A stretch of 64,000 bases of DNA, from contig JAYWIR010000005.1 in the NCBI GenBank assembly GCA_036172245.1, forward strand, positions 372,001 through 436,000, in the 5' to 3' direction. Origin of the DNA: Raillietiella orientalis. Lineage: Eukaryota. The notes below the pieces were generated by a model. The model had not been told where the DNA came from. It searched no databases and saw nothing but the letters and a program-made list of their open reading frames with translations. Shown here one piece after another: positions 38,291 through 51,126 of this stretch (the first letter of the stretch is position 1; each line of letters starts with the position of its first letter). Made by a program: the position numbers and the translations under genes.

Positions 38291-39841
38291 GCAGAGAGGC
38301 CGCCCTTCCACCCAGTTCTTTTCGCGTGCTCACTTTGGTATGGGGGTGCCTCCTCCACACACATCTGTCCCGCAGGACGTGGAAGCTGCGAAACTGTCAA
38401 GCATACCTTAGCCTTTGTCCTCTGCGCCAAGAGAGCATGCGATCCTTCTTGCACGTCGAAATCCCTTCTCCTCAAGGTAGCTGCTTTTTTTTTTTATTAT
38501 GAAAAAAAGAAAAAATTGTTCTCCTATGATGCTATGCTTTGTTCTTTCCTTTTCGATTCATAAATAGTCTTGGCTCTGTGTTCAGATAAAACGAAATACC
38601 TGGCTACATAGAACAGGATACACAGCTTGTATGCAGACAAGGAAAATTTTTTTTTTGTTTTGCAAAATAAGCGAAGTGAAGTACTTGCTTCAAGATGTGA
38701 AAAATTGCAAATATCTGATACGGATGACATTATTTGCACGCCTATGAATTGAGTAATTCATGGAAATCAGAAAAGTAGAGTGGGGAAGAAGAGCAAAACG
38801 AAAATGAAATAAAAGAAACATGGGCGTAATACAAACATGCTTTGCTGTATGGTAGCTTTTTTGAATTGAAGTTGCAGAAGTGAGCTGACAGTGCCATCTC
38901 CGCAAAATTGAGCCCACTAAATGTGTTCCAATGATGATTACATAATTGGAGTAGCTAACCTTGAAAAATCGTCACGGTAGGAGGAGGAAGCCTTGTGCAT
39001 TGCTCTCTGATCGAAAAAGCCGTGCTGAGAGAACTTGTATGCCAAGTAGTCAACTTGTCAGTTTCCTTCAAAGACAAACGAGAATGGAAAAGACAGACAC
39101 ACACACATACCATTGAAAAACTGTTGCATTATTTTTCCGCTCTGATTCTTTTATTTGCAATTACTTCTGATGACAAAAGGAAGAGGGGGTCGGGAAGAGG
39201 GAATAATGAAGCAAAGAGCGTTGAACTGTGTATAGAGGCTTGACCGGCTTCGCTTTAATCACTTCCAGCTTCCACGTCGTATTCCAGGAAGGATGCGAAC
39301 TTTGCACAGGCGATGGTTAAGAGAATTCCTCTCTCTCTCTCCCTTCCTTTGCTTTTGTTTCTTGCAAACCACAGGTTGCAAGCAAGCTCACTCGATACGA
39401 GGACCTTGTCCTGCCTTCTGGTTCATGGGTAACGTGATGGTTGAAAAGAAAACTTTTTGTCTGTGTTGGCGCAAGGCAGGAACTTCCATGCGGCACGGAA
39501 GGCGGCACGGAGAGTAGGCTGCGCACGACGCACACCTACGATGCGAGAAACGCTCCCTCCGTACAGCACGGCGGAAGTTTCCCGATGCAACACTCTACAA
39601 CTGCGTTCCAATCGTTAAAGTGCCGTTTTTTTTTTTTTTTTCCCCCTCTTTAACACTGTTCTTCGATCACTAAGAGTCGCATGCTTTAGCTGCGAGTTGA
39701 AGATGCATCAATTAAGGCACTGAAAATCGGATTCTTACGATGTCTGATGGTCTGTGGAGCACCGCAGAAATATTGTTTCGAAAGGTTGCTATGGGAACAG
39801 AATGAACACACAATCAAATTCGTCTTTGTTTTTGCGTGCAT

Positions 39842-42800
39842 TTAAACCGCGTTATTCCGAGGATCCGACACGTGGCCCCTGGCGTGTTTCTGGCAAACTG
39901 ATGATCCTATTTGAGTTTGGTCGGGAGGCAAAATGGTCATATGAGTCGCATCCGACTGTAGCGTGGAGTTTTCACCGGGTGTCATCGTCTCCTGCAGCGG
40001 AGTCTCGTCAGATTCCTTTTTGTGCTGCAAGGACTGAATGTAATCCTGGAACAAAAGAGAAGGTACAGCTGGCTCAATGACACGAGAACACGGGAGAACA
40101 TGCACACGTTTTTATGCGTGCCGTGGAATTCCCGACAGCTCGTTAGCGACCCGATTTGCAGCGGAAATGCGTATCTCGCGTTCTTCGTGCGCTGCTGCCC
40201 ACCTTTACGGTTGTGAAGAACGCAACGTGAAATGAGAATTCGTCATTCGGTCCAATCCAATCACTAATTTTGCTTATTTGCAAGGTAAATGGCATTAGCA
40301 CATGAGATAAAATGAGTCGATATACACCACAATTTGGACGTATGCTCCACGAGTCAGCTAGCACTGTCACGAATACTCATTAATGACTTAATACGAAGTT
40401 GACGTATGAAATCAAGTGCGCCTCTTCTGCGTCCTTACTGTTGCTTTCTGTGAAAAACACTAGTGCACTATATTCTTTTCGCGCCATAAGATGGAAAAAC
40501 GATATTACTTCAGGCGTGTGTGTGTTTCCATGCGCAGCGCAGTCAACACGTCGTGGGACGAGATAATGCGAGAGCGCCGCCCTTGAAACAACCGACTTCG
40601 CAAAAACGATCCTGCAGAGGATGCCAGATACACGATGGTGATGCCCCTGCTATAATGATGATGATGTCATTAAGCGAGCGAGTTGCTTCGAGCGGTAGCT
40701 AACGGTAACATGCGGACTGCTCTGGACAGGAACAAAAGAAAGAATCTGGAACGTTCCAAATGCCTGACACCACCTCGTTGTCTTCCTGCACAAGGAGGGC
40801 ACCTTAAACCCTTCGCCTGCTGACCTCGGACGTCGACTCCGCATGCTCTCACGCTATGTCCGTGCGCGCAGAAACGCGCTTGAGAACACGCAAGCGGTTT
40901 CAAAATCCGAGTTTCAAGGTCGACGTGCTTGAAGTCGGAATCTTTAAAGCGGCCGGCCGGCACACAGACGAGAAAAGTGTGCGAGCGTCTCGACATTCGG
41001 AAAGAACGTCCGCGCCGGGTGCGTGCGTGCGCGTTCGAAACGCGCGGAAACGCACCAAGTTCCAACGAGCGTGTAATCTCCGCGAAGATCTCGTCAGTCC
41101 GAAACGCATCCTCCTGTGAATCATACTGATCTGTTGGGTGGAACGCAATGGACCTGCGCTTGCGCTGTCGTGGAAACCGGGTCCCGCACCCTTTTGTTTC
41201 CAACGAACCGACTTCGAAGGCGCCAGCAGGAACAGGGAGAGGAATATTGTTGGCACTTTGTAATTCCTGATTTCAGCACGGGGCCGTTCGGGCAACTGAA
41301 GCAAAGGTGGGGAGAGAATGCTGAAGGTGACAAAAAACGATTCTCTACCTCAGGCGCATGCGTGTACCAAGTTGATCGAATTCGCTCGCAGCTGCGGATC
41401 CTGGAGAAAGAAACGTCACAAACCTTTCGACAAGGAGATGATGTGATTGCGCGTATTTGTGTAGTGTGTAGAGTTTGTTGGAGCTACCGTAGGAGATTGC
41501 TCTTGGAGGCATCGCGGGATCCTCGGATGGCCAGCGAACCTGCCATAAATAAACACGGATGCGTGACGTCATGTTTCTCCGTCGCTTGAACTTTCAGCAG
41601 TACCCAGGGGCAATCGGAGCGAGCTGACGTGAGTTGGTGGTGGCCGAACCTGCGGTTACGAACCGCCATCGGCCCATGTTGCGCAGCGGGATGTGCAGCC
41701 GCTGCGTGGAACCCGCCATCTTTACGGGGCTCCTGTTCCCAGATTACAAAATCCAGCACTCCGGTGCAACGTGGGCGATACAAACCACTCACGCGCATGA
41801 CTTCGGGACACACACCCAGGAAAGAAGCACACTTCGGCTTGAATGCTTATTTCCCCGGTGAGAATAATTAATTCCCAAGCCTTCGGAAAACGATGCAAGT
41901 CACAGACAAGCCCAGCTCCTCGGCTTCCGAAAGGAAGGCAAAAAAAAAAAGACACACATGAACCAAGTTACTTCGCTTCGTTTTCTCGCAACGCGTTGCA
42001 AGCATGCTTTCGTTCCGTAGCAACACGGACGTCCAAATTGCCCCAGCCTTTTTCTCCAAGTTCGCGCTTCGCCTCGAGCGGAGCGGCGAACGCCTAGCGC
42101 GGCGCGCATAGAGCTCCACCGGTCGCAGCTCGGAGCACGCAGGCAACTCTGCCGCACCCCCGCGCGATGTAAACGACCGCGGGGCATCACGAAGAAAAGA
42201 AAGGCAGCAGTGACAAAACACCGCGTCGGCTCCTAGAAACGTACGTGCATGCGTGCGCTGCGGAGAGGAGCGCTTAGATCCTATCGAAGTCGCGAATGCA
42301 CGCGCGATGGACTCTTCCGCGCAAAAGCCCCTTCCCACGGCCCGCCTGCTGCTGCTGCTGCTGCTGCTGCTGCCGCCGCCGCTCTCTCTGCCTGCCGGAC
42401 CCTTGGATCGAGAATGTGCGCCTCGAGAGGTGCGCGCGGGAGAGTGATAGGGTTGCCGAGCCGGGATAAAGTTCACCTGGCTGAGGACGTCCCCGTGCGT
42501 GCTGCGGATCCGGTACAGGTACCAATACTTTTTCTGGCGAGCTTCCGCTTGCTCTTCCCTCTTCCGGTTCCACTCCAGCTTCGGCTTGTGGGAACGTGAC
42601 GCGAAGGCTGGAAGAGTTCACTTGGCAACATAGCGCGGCAAAATAATCTCGCGGAGCAGAAGACAAGCAGGCAGACAGGCAGGGAAGATGCCGGCGCGGT
42701 CTCCATGGCAACGCGGGTTCTCCTTCCGGACGCTTCCTCGCGCGGAGACAACAACGGGAACGCAATTCCTTGAATATCTCCCGTCTCTTCTCCAGGGATC

Positions 42801-44790
42801 GGATCGATCACTGCCGGATGGGGGGAAAGGGGAAGAGGAGACGCGAGGGAGATGCCAACTTTCGAAAAACTGTAGCGTCCGTGGGAACAGGGCTACGATA
42901 CACGACTACTATCCAAAAGGCGCGTGTGCCATGCGATAAGGACAACAGTTTTTAACGAGCAAAGGAGGGAATGTACGGGGAATCCAATTCTGCTCGTCCC
43001 CCATCTGCAGCAGCATCCTCCACTTTCAACCCGAGTTGCACCGTGCCTCTGCTTGTTTTTAGAAGCTTTTTGTCCTTCCGGGGCTGCCCGCCTCCAGCAG
43101 TCGTTCGGATCGGTGGAAATCAGCGAGGTGCTTTTTTTTTTTTTTCTTCTTTTTCTTTTTTTCTCCTCATTTGGACTGCCCGTTGACAGCAGCAACAGCA
43201 ATATCAATGCTGTCGTCGCTATCACTCACGTGTAAACTGCTGGCTGCTGCTTCCTCTGTTGCGAACTGCCGATGGAAAACGGCGATCACAGCAGAACTCG
43301 CAAGGGCAGAAAAGCCGCTGTGCACGCACTCTCGTGGGAGACGCAAGAAGCGCGAACGCCATGCCATCTCTCGACGGGTGCATGAGGCCGCCTAGTCGAG
43401 AGTGCTCTCGGTCGCGGGAATTTTCCCGGCTTTTGCGCGCTGTGCGCACATAGCGACCGCTTGAGGCATCATCTCCTGGCTGTGGGATGCTGCTCTTCTG
43501 TTTCACGGATGCGGAAGGAGAAAAGGGGGCGAAGAGGAAGAATAAACGCAAAAATGGAGAGAGGAATTTCGTGGAAAGTTTCGTGGGGCAACGGGGGTAA
43601 GGATAATCACATCCACGAGAGGGGACGCAGGCAAAAGAACTTACCGCTCGCGCGGGGCGTGCGGCAGGGGCGGCGCACATTCGTCCACCACTGCAGGAGC
43701 AGTCCCAGCACACAAAGGGCCGGCCACAATGGGAGCACGAGCCAGAGGCGGCGCGGAGGGCAGCTTGTATCGTCCTGGGGAGAGGAGGCGGCAGCAACGC
43801 CCAGGCGACGCAATGCCCAGGCTGCCGTTGCGGCGCGCTCCGCCAGGTAATCGGCGGACGCAGTCGCCAGGGCGCTCCCACAGAGCGCTGTGCCGGCTGC
43901 GACAACGGCAGCTTCCGGCCGCAGCAACAGCGCCGCAACAGCGAGCACCAGTCCGAAGCTGAGGGGTGCCGCCAGCGCCACCCAGGCGGCGGCCACGGGT
44001 GCGCCGCGCCACTCCGCCGCCAGCACCAGCGCGGCGACTCCCGCCAGCACGCCCGCGTGGAATCCGATGAGGAACAGACCTACGCGACGGATCACCATGG
44101 TGACCAGGCCGAAGGCGACCCCAGCGCCGAGGGAGACTGCTGCAAGAGAATGAAAGAAGGAATGGTGCCGTTCAAAGTTTCCTTAGTGCTTACCTCCTCC
44201 TCCCTCCTTCCCCATCCCATACTCACCGAAATTGCCGTAGGCCGAGAAGGCACCCTCCTGAAAGCAGATAACGTAGGCCACTGCCGAGGCGCACAGGAAG
44301 CCCGTCAGGAACAGGGACATCCTCATGCACCGGTGACCTGCAAATGACCGCGCTCGTGCGTGCGTGCGAACGTGCGCGCGCGGCTGGGAGAGCAGCCGTT
44401 GCCCGCGAAAGTGCGAGCCAGAGGACGGGGCGACAACGATCGGACAGGGGAAGACGCGCTGCCCTCCTGACGGGCCGTCCGCGTGCAAAGGGGTGCGGCA
44501 GCGATGGAGTTCCCTGACATGTCGCCTCGAACGCTCCGGTCGCTCTCCGGAGTGTGCGTGCTCCTCCCCCAGCGCTTCCCGCGTTTCCATGAGGGTCTCT
44601 CCAACTTACCAAAGAAGCAAAGGACGAGGCCGAAGAGTAGGAGCGCGCTACAAACCGAGAGCTCCTTCCAGTCGTAGCCAGCGGCAGCGCTCTCGTCGCA
44701 CACGCGTCCACCTCCGGGCGAGGAGGAGGAGGTGCTGCTGCTGCTGCCGGTGGTGGTCGCGGTGGCGGCGAGAGACGGGACCGTCCCCAT
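39842..44790 (-). CDS. TMEM198: Transmembrane protein 198 (DUF4203 family), ~373 aa, 5 coding exons
   Basis: Exons 44790-44610, 44337-44227, 44139-43645, 42607-42477 and 40045-39842 (TAA), GT-AG and in phase. Motifs FGLVLCFFGHRCMRMSLFLTGF, FGLVTMV...GLFLIGF, LWPALCVLGLLLQW, RQKKYWYLYRIRSTHGDVLSQ|DYIQSLQ. Kozak-like GTCGCCATGG. Confidence 0.93.
42345..42381. repeat. (CTG)n-(CCG)n trinucleotide repeat in a TMEM198 intron
   Basis: Direct reading. Confidence 0.9.
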
Positions 44791-46449
44791 GGCGACCCGC
44801 CCTGCGGTTCACACGCAGACACGTGTGCTTGTCTCTTGGCTTCCTTGTGGTGGCGGCGGGTCTTCTGGAAAAGTCCGGCACAGAGCAGCGCTGCCTCTTC
44901 GCTTCGTCCCCGCTGCTGAGCCGCCCGCAGCGCACGCGCACCCGTCTGGTGGCCGTCGCCGTCGCGGAGACCAAGGGGATCAGTGCGTGGGGGAGGAAGG
45001 AGCCGTCGGCCGCGCGCGCGCGAAGGAAACGCCCCGCACAGACCTCCGGATGGGGCGAACGGATTGCCTGCCCTTCGCCGGGCGGGGAAAGAGGAGCCCA
45101 GAGGGAAACCGGATGAAGGGCGGCCATACGCCGCCCTTCATCCGATCCAAGAGGCCAGCTTCAGAGTCGGCTATCGAACTTGTGACGGCTTCGAGAGTGA
45201 AGGTCCTCGGGGAAGCCCAAGGCATGGAGGAGAGGAAAGTCCGCCGTTCCAGCAGAAACGGGGGGGGGGCTAGCACCAAAGAGCTAAAGGAAGCGAACGT
45301 CGTCGTCGTCCCACGACGAAGCTGCTGCTGCTGAGGCGGAGGCCATGGGAAACAGCGCGCGAACCGAACTGTTTCGCTGAACTCTGAGCTGCTGCGCAAG
45401 GAGCCGTCTCCACGGTAACGCGCATCCGGAGCGTCGGCAGCGCGACCGCCTCCCGCCGAAACTGGTAAGACGAGACATTCGCCGAGACACTCAAACGGAC
45501 ATTCGTCCCCTTTCCCCTCCCAGGTCCCTCTTTCCCCCACACGCACGCCCACGTCATTCTTTACCTCCCGTTGCTCTGCTCACAACACTCCCTCCGAGGG
45601 CGACAGTTCCCCGGGGTCGGACCTCAGCGTTCGGAAAGCATGGCGCCAGCATCAGATGGACGGCAGGGAGAAGGTCCGTTGCACCGAGAGCAGGGGGCAG
45701 GTGGGTGGCCGTCCACAGGCAACCGCAAGGACGACGCGCGCCTCGCAACTTCAGTCGGCAGAGCACTGCCTAAACGCGGCCACCCCCTCCACTATCGAAT
45801 CGTTGCCCGGGGAAACCCAGTCAACGATCTCGAGAGAGTGCCGGGGAAAGGGTTGGGCAAAGGAGAGGGGACGAAACGATGACCAGTGATGATCCCGCGG
45901 GAAGCCTGCCGATCCCGGGAAACCCGCGCCCGCAGTCTCCGCGTCGCACAAACGAGGGGAGGAAGGCGACGAAGGGATGCGGGAGGCCTGCGTCCTCTCC
46001 CTGCCTCCGCGGGAACGATCCGCTTCGGAAGCTCGAGTGTGTGTGGGGGTAGGGTGGGGAGGGGTGGAAGCTCGTGGGCGTACTGGCGGGAGTCGCTGCC
46101 ACCGCCGCTTGGCGACCCCCTGAATCCCCGAGACTCCAAGCGGCCTTTCGATCGGCTCCCGGCCAGGGGTCGCTCACATCGCTGTGCGGAGGCGGGGGAT
46201 ACCAATCGATGGGGTTCCGAGCAGTGCGTGCGGGCGTGCGCGGCATCGGCAACTGCGCAGAGGGATGGCCAGCCGCTCGCGAAGGCTCCGACGCCACCAC
46301 GCACCCACAAGACAGGAAGATGGGGGCACTCTTCCCGGCAGGGATGGTCGGTCGCACTCTCTCGCGCTGCCCGACCAAGACGAAGGCGAACAGAATGGGA
46401 ATCATCCTTACCCGCCTGCTGCCAGCATCCAGGATGCATGATTGAGACC

Positions 46450-48632
46450 TGTCTTCCTCCGACGGCACGACGCGCCCAGCAAATCCTTGGCTGGCGCGAT
46501 CAGCTGAGCGGCGGCGGCGGCGGCGGCGGCCCGCATGCTGACGTAGCGGACGCAGAGCTCGCTTTCCGCTCTCGCGCTGCCGCCGCCATCTTCCTGCGGA
46601 CGCACGAAGACCAAACTACTGAGCAGTCCTCCAGAGGAGGTTGAGGAATGCGCGTTCCCCAACTGCTGTTCCCCTTCCTTTTCTGTGCAGGGGGGAGAGG
46701 CGGCAGCCCGAAACAGGAGCAAGGAGGTGAAAAGGAGGCGCTTGCGAGCATTCCAGGACCAGATCCGATGGACGGGAAGGGGAAGGGACCTCGCCTACAG
46801 AAAGGCTTCGAATTTTCCCCAACGGGATACGCCGTTGCCAGTGTGCGTGCTCTCGTCGCTTGCATGGACCTCTTCGGTCTCACCCTTTCCTGGCGTTCCA
46901 CCTCACTCTTCCGGTGCGCCGTCTCCGGCGCCAGCCAGGTCTTGTCACTCGTCGAGCAAGCTGGTTGGGCTCGCGGGCGAGGCACAGCGGGGCGGAGGGT
47001 ATGGGTGCGCGGGCGAGCTCAGGGATCAGCGGCGACCACCGTGCGGGACAGCCTCCACCTAAGCAGAGCGTTCCCGCGCCACGGGGAGAGGAGGGGAAGA
47101 GGTTGCAGCTGCCGACGGACGTCGCTGTGGGAACATGCCAAGGCGCTTCCGTAATAACCCGAATGATTTATCATGGGGCGCTTCGTCTGCAGGCTGATCT
47201 TTGTTTTTCCTCCGAAGAGTCTCCTGAGAGATTCCTGCGCCTGCTGCAGCTTCTCGCTGTCCGCAACTTGTCGGTTCCTCATAGTTGGGTTCCGTCGCGT
47301 CCCTTCGGGCTGCGGAAAACAAAAGGAGGGAGGGAACTCGCACGGTGCGTGACCGGAACCAGCGCGGGTACCGAGACCCGTAATCCCATTCTGCGTTGCT
47401 GCGACTCGCCCCCTCCCCCCTCCCCCATGGGTGCCGTCGCACTTTGTTGGTCTCCCGCTTTGCGTGACGTCACCAGTGCAGTTCGCTTCTTTCCTAAATC
47501 GACATTCTGCCGGCTGGGAGCATTCTTTCCCCGAACTTGGGGGAAAAAATTCTGTAGGGGAAGCGACAACACCCTCCAGGATCCGTTGCTCAGCAGCAGC
47601 GTTTCTTCCGGTTGATCTGCACGCGCCAGGAGACAGCTCTCCAGCTAAAGGGCGCACCGAGCTGCAAACAGGTCGATCGAAACGTCAGCACTGCCAACTC
47701 TACAGTACCAGTGGCTGCAGGAGTGACCTGCTGCCCTAAGGGAACTCACGCGAGTGTACCGGCAGAGGTGGGAGGGAGCGACGTGTGCTCCTCGTCCTTT
47801 CCTTTCCGAGAAATAGACCCTCGATCCATCCCATCTTCCCTCCGTCTTCGTGCGTATCATCCTCCCTGTTCTCTTCCTGTCTGCTCCATGCAAGGATCTG
47901 CACCTCAAAAGTCCTCTTTCGAACCATCGTTTAGGTGATTTGTTGAAAGTACATTTTTGTTTTGTTCCTGCGACAAGCGGTCCGACCCGGGGTGAATCCC
48001 CTTTTTCTCCGGTACGAATACGTCACCAGGAACGGGTTACAGTTGCCATAAGACTCGCTAATATCTTAGTAGCGTAAGAATGGTTGACAGAATGAGGGCA
48101 TAGTGGCTCTTTTCAAAGAAATGTCTTCAGGACAGCATTCCGACCCCAACCCCTCCTCTACAAGAAAAGCTACCTGCTTCACCCCCCCCCCTCCCCCACA
48201 TGGAGGTTGCATAGAGAACGTCCGCATTTCAATCGATCGCGATGCAACAGGCTTGCGTAGTTGCGAGGAAATGCGAAATACTTCTTGCGCTCTTCCAGGG
48301 CTGGAACCGTTTCTGTTCTCGAACGCCAAAGCACAGCTAACTGCTTGTTCGATCCGAGACATATCCGCCTCGCGTCTTTTCTGAACAAGAAGAAATCTCT
48401 ACGCTGTCGGTTTTCATCAGAATGATATCGCCATCTGTGCCTCCAGGTGACTGTTACCTGCTGAATCACCACCGTCCCTTTCTTCATCAGATCACTATGA
48501 TGGATGAACTTTTCGCTTCTCAAAGAGATCCTCCCGATCTTCTGCTTCAGTTTTTTTTTCGAAAAAGGCGCGCCATTTCCAAGAGGCCCATTCCTCACTC
48601 ACCGGTTTCCCTGAGGCCGGCATACGCTCCAT
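46450..48632 (-). CDS. Uncharacterised multi-exon gene (orphan), 3' end unresolved
   Basis: 48632-48603 (MERMPASGKP|gtgagt), 48541-48458 (KIGRISLRSEKFIHHSDLMKKGTVVIQQ|gtaaca) and the exon from 48380 (KRREADMSRIEQAVSCALAF..) join in phase across 61- and 77-nt introns. Further exon-like blocks at ~47610-47475, ~47310-47160, ~46960-46840 and ~46593-46450. Confidence 0.38.
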
Positions 48633-49496
48633 CTGAATTTCCGGCTTCACGAAATAAAGAGAACGACCTCGGCGACATGAATGGACGCAGTTGAATCGAA
48701 GCTTCGTACCACCGACCGAGTTCTTTCTACAAAGTCAGCGAGGGCTGGAGAGCGCCATCCATAGAAGGGGAAGAAGAAAAACAAAAGCTTTGCAGGTGAA
48801 TGTGCTTTACATCGAAACGAATGAATGTTGGGTGCTTCTTGCTTCTAATCCGTACTTCTGAATTTCATGCTTTCAGTTTACTAGCTACGCTGCCCCTTTG
48901 AATTTCCTAGCCAGCGCAGTGTACTTTTAGGTGTACTAACAACACACTTTCATAGCCTGCTGTTGTAGGGTTAAATTTATAAAACTGAATCAAACTTTGT
49001 ATTGAATCTCGGTTCTCCCCTCCTGTCAGCTAATCTTGATCATAAAGAAAATATTCAGTTTTAATTGCAAGGTGCATCTTTGTTTTAATTCCCCTTATGA
49101 CATGCTTGCCTTCTTTGTCTTTGGGTGCATGAACAGTTCTCTAAGCTAAACACCTAATCAATTGGCCCAACTACTCCCTATGCATTGCACCTCCTGACCA
49201 GGAAAACCGTACTGCCAAACTTGCCATTGCTGTAGAATCGAATTGAAGGTTTCTCGAATCAAGAATTAAGATTTACTCACTGATCAAACCTCCACAAGCA
49301 TGCATAACATATCCAATTCCAAGGTGCCTCACCACTATTCAACTCTACTGAAAACTTGTCTTCAATTACATGTAACAAGTGCATTGAATGCTTGAGATTG
49401 GTGGATTGCTTGAGAATTCACTCATCGAAATCACATGTCATCATATGGGTTTAAAAGTTTGGTTTCATCCATGCATCTAATGGGCTCTTTCACAAG

Positions 49497-49540
49497 GATC
49501 ATTGGACTTCCTTGATCATTGGACTTCCCTGTAGACTTCC
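49497..49540. repeat. Short tandem duplication GATCATTGGACTTCC x2 plus a partial third unit
   Basis: 49497-49511 and 49514-49528 are identical; GACTTCC recurs at 49534-49540. Confidence 0.85.
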
Positions 49541-51126
49541 TTTATGTAGAGGACAATCAAAAATGCAAAAAAGGTCTGAATCATAAGCATCATGACCATC
49601 TACTAGCTGCCATCATGTATGCAAAATAATTGCAATGGTATGGTAACTGTAACAGGAAGAATGAATGAGACAATGTACCATTTGCTTTTCTTCCTTGTTA
49701 CCAAACACCAACTGGAAGCTCACTGAAATTTGCTCTGGACACTGGAACATTGTTAACCAGACACACACAAGAACACTGGATTCAAAAAGAAAAACTCCAA
49801 GAAATCAGTTCAGCATGCACTGCTCCAAACAGAATGAGTACTACTTTCAATGACAAATGACAAATGAACATTAATGAAAAACAGCTTAAACAATGCCCAT
49901 AGAGTAAAAAAAATAATGCCATCAAATTAAGGTAAAGAATCCCGTTTTCAACACTATTTTCTGATAATGCCCATTAAGATGCTTAAATGATGATAGCCAT
50001 GTGAAGAGAAAAAAAACCGTCGAAAGCACAAAAGTAATTATTGAAAGGAAAAAAATTTCTAAATGAGTTCTGTTCTTTCCTATCTTCTGAAAAAGAACCA
50101 TTTTCAGAATTCTTTAACCTTCATTTAAACACAGGTTGATCTGTGTTCTATGTAAAATTCACCAACAAAATCAAATTATCCCCAATCAAAGAATGCAGTG
50201 AATTAACATACAATATTTTAATATTTTAAATTTCATATTAATTTATTATTCTCTATTCCATACTTATTTGCTTAAAAACAACAAAACTTGCAACAGAAGC
50301 ACATACCCCAATAAATGCAATAAAATAAATTTATTTGGAATGGTTGTACTTTTCCACTGTTATAAAGTTGAAGCCTGAGCAAATTTTTAATCAATATATC
50401 ATTTGGTTGCTGCTGTCAATGAATTGCTGGATTTTTTCATGGGATTGCAGACAATAGCTATAAATTACACCTTTGTCCATTTTACACCTTTTCACACAAA
50501 TGAACTACTCTGACACCAGCCTTCAGGAACACCTTAATGCATACAATACATGTTTCAACTGCCTATGAGTATTGGAAACAGCTTCCTGAAATTTTTTAAA
50601 TCCAAAATGAGCTTCCAAAAATTATGAAAATCTGGATTTCAAAACTTGAATGCAATCCACAAGATAGCTTTTTTCAAAAGCTGCATCTGGCCACTTTGGA
50701 GCAAGAGGAATCAATGAGATGTTTCACATGCTTCACCATGCAGGTTATGTGACAGAAACTGATGCTATCAGTTCATAAAATTGTTAGCAAGCCAGTTGGC
50801 ATGCAGCATTTGAAAAACAGTGCATCCTTCCTAAGAGACACAATATGAAGTATGCTAAGGCTTCAGCATTTGGGAGATGTACAATATAAAATGCAGAATG
50901 AAAAACAAGCTATTTATGAACCTCTTTGAATTTACATACATTATACTTACATCAAGTAGTCCCTATTCTTACACTAGATAACTGCTCATATTATATGAGA
51001 GTAGAAGCTTAAACAAAATTATGTCTGTTGTAAACAGCAATTAAAACTCTGGAAGAAAATTCCTTGATTCAATCAAACATATCCTGGAAAAAGCAACAGA
51101 GGCTACAATGTCCAACAACAAGCTTT

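Noticed and set aside
21402..44332. CGG reassigned to Trp (variant genetic code), prompted by spen RHL(CGG)VGNL
   Set aside because: CGG encodes the conserved Arg of TMEM198 G-H-R-C (family GYRC), and conserved Trp residues elsewhere use TGG. Stops are ordinary TGA/TAA.
3703..44790. spen and TMEM198 as a Wnt-pathway gene cluster
   Set aside because: Both have reported Wnt roles, but they are 18 kb apart with unrelated genes between them; linkage in one genome is not evidence.
30300..47700. Many long overlapping R/A/G/P-rich ORFs (e.g. 30596..31660, 35968..37005, 45886..46644)
   Set aside because: Expected in very GC-rich DNA with few stop codons; they run through microsatellites and introns and show no recognisable motifs.
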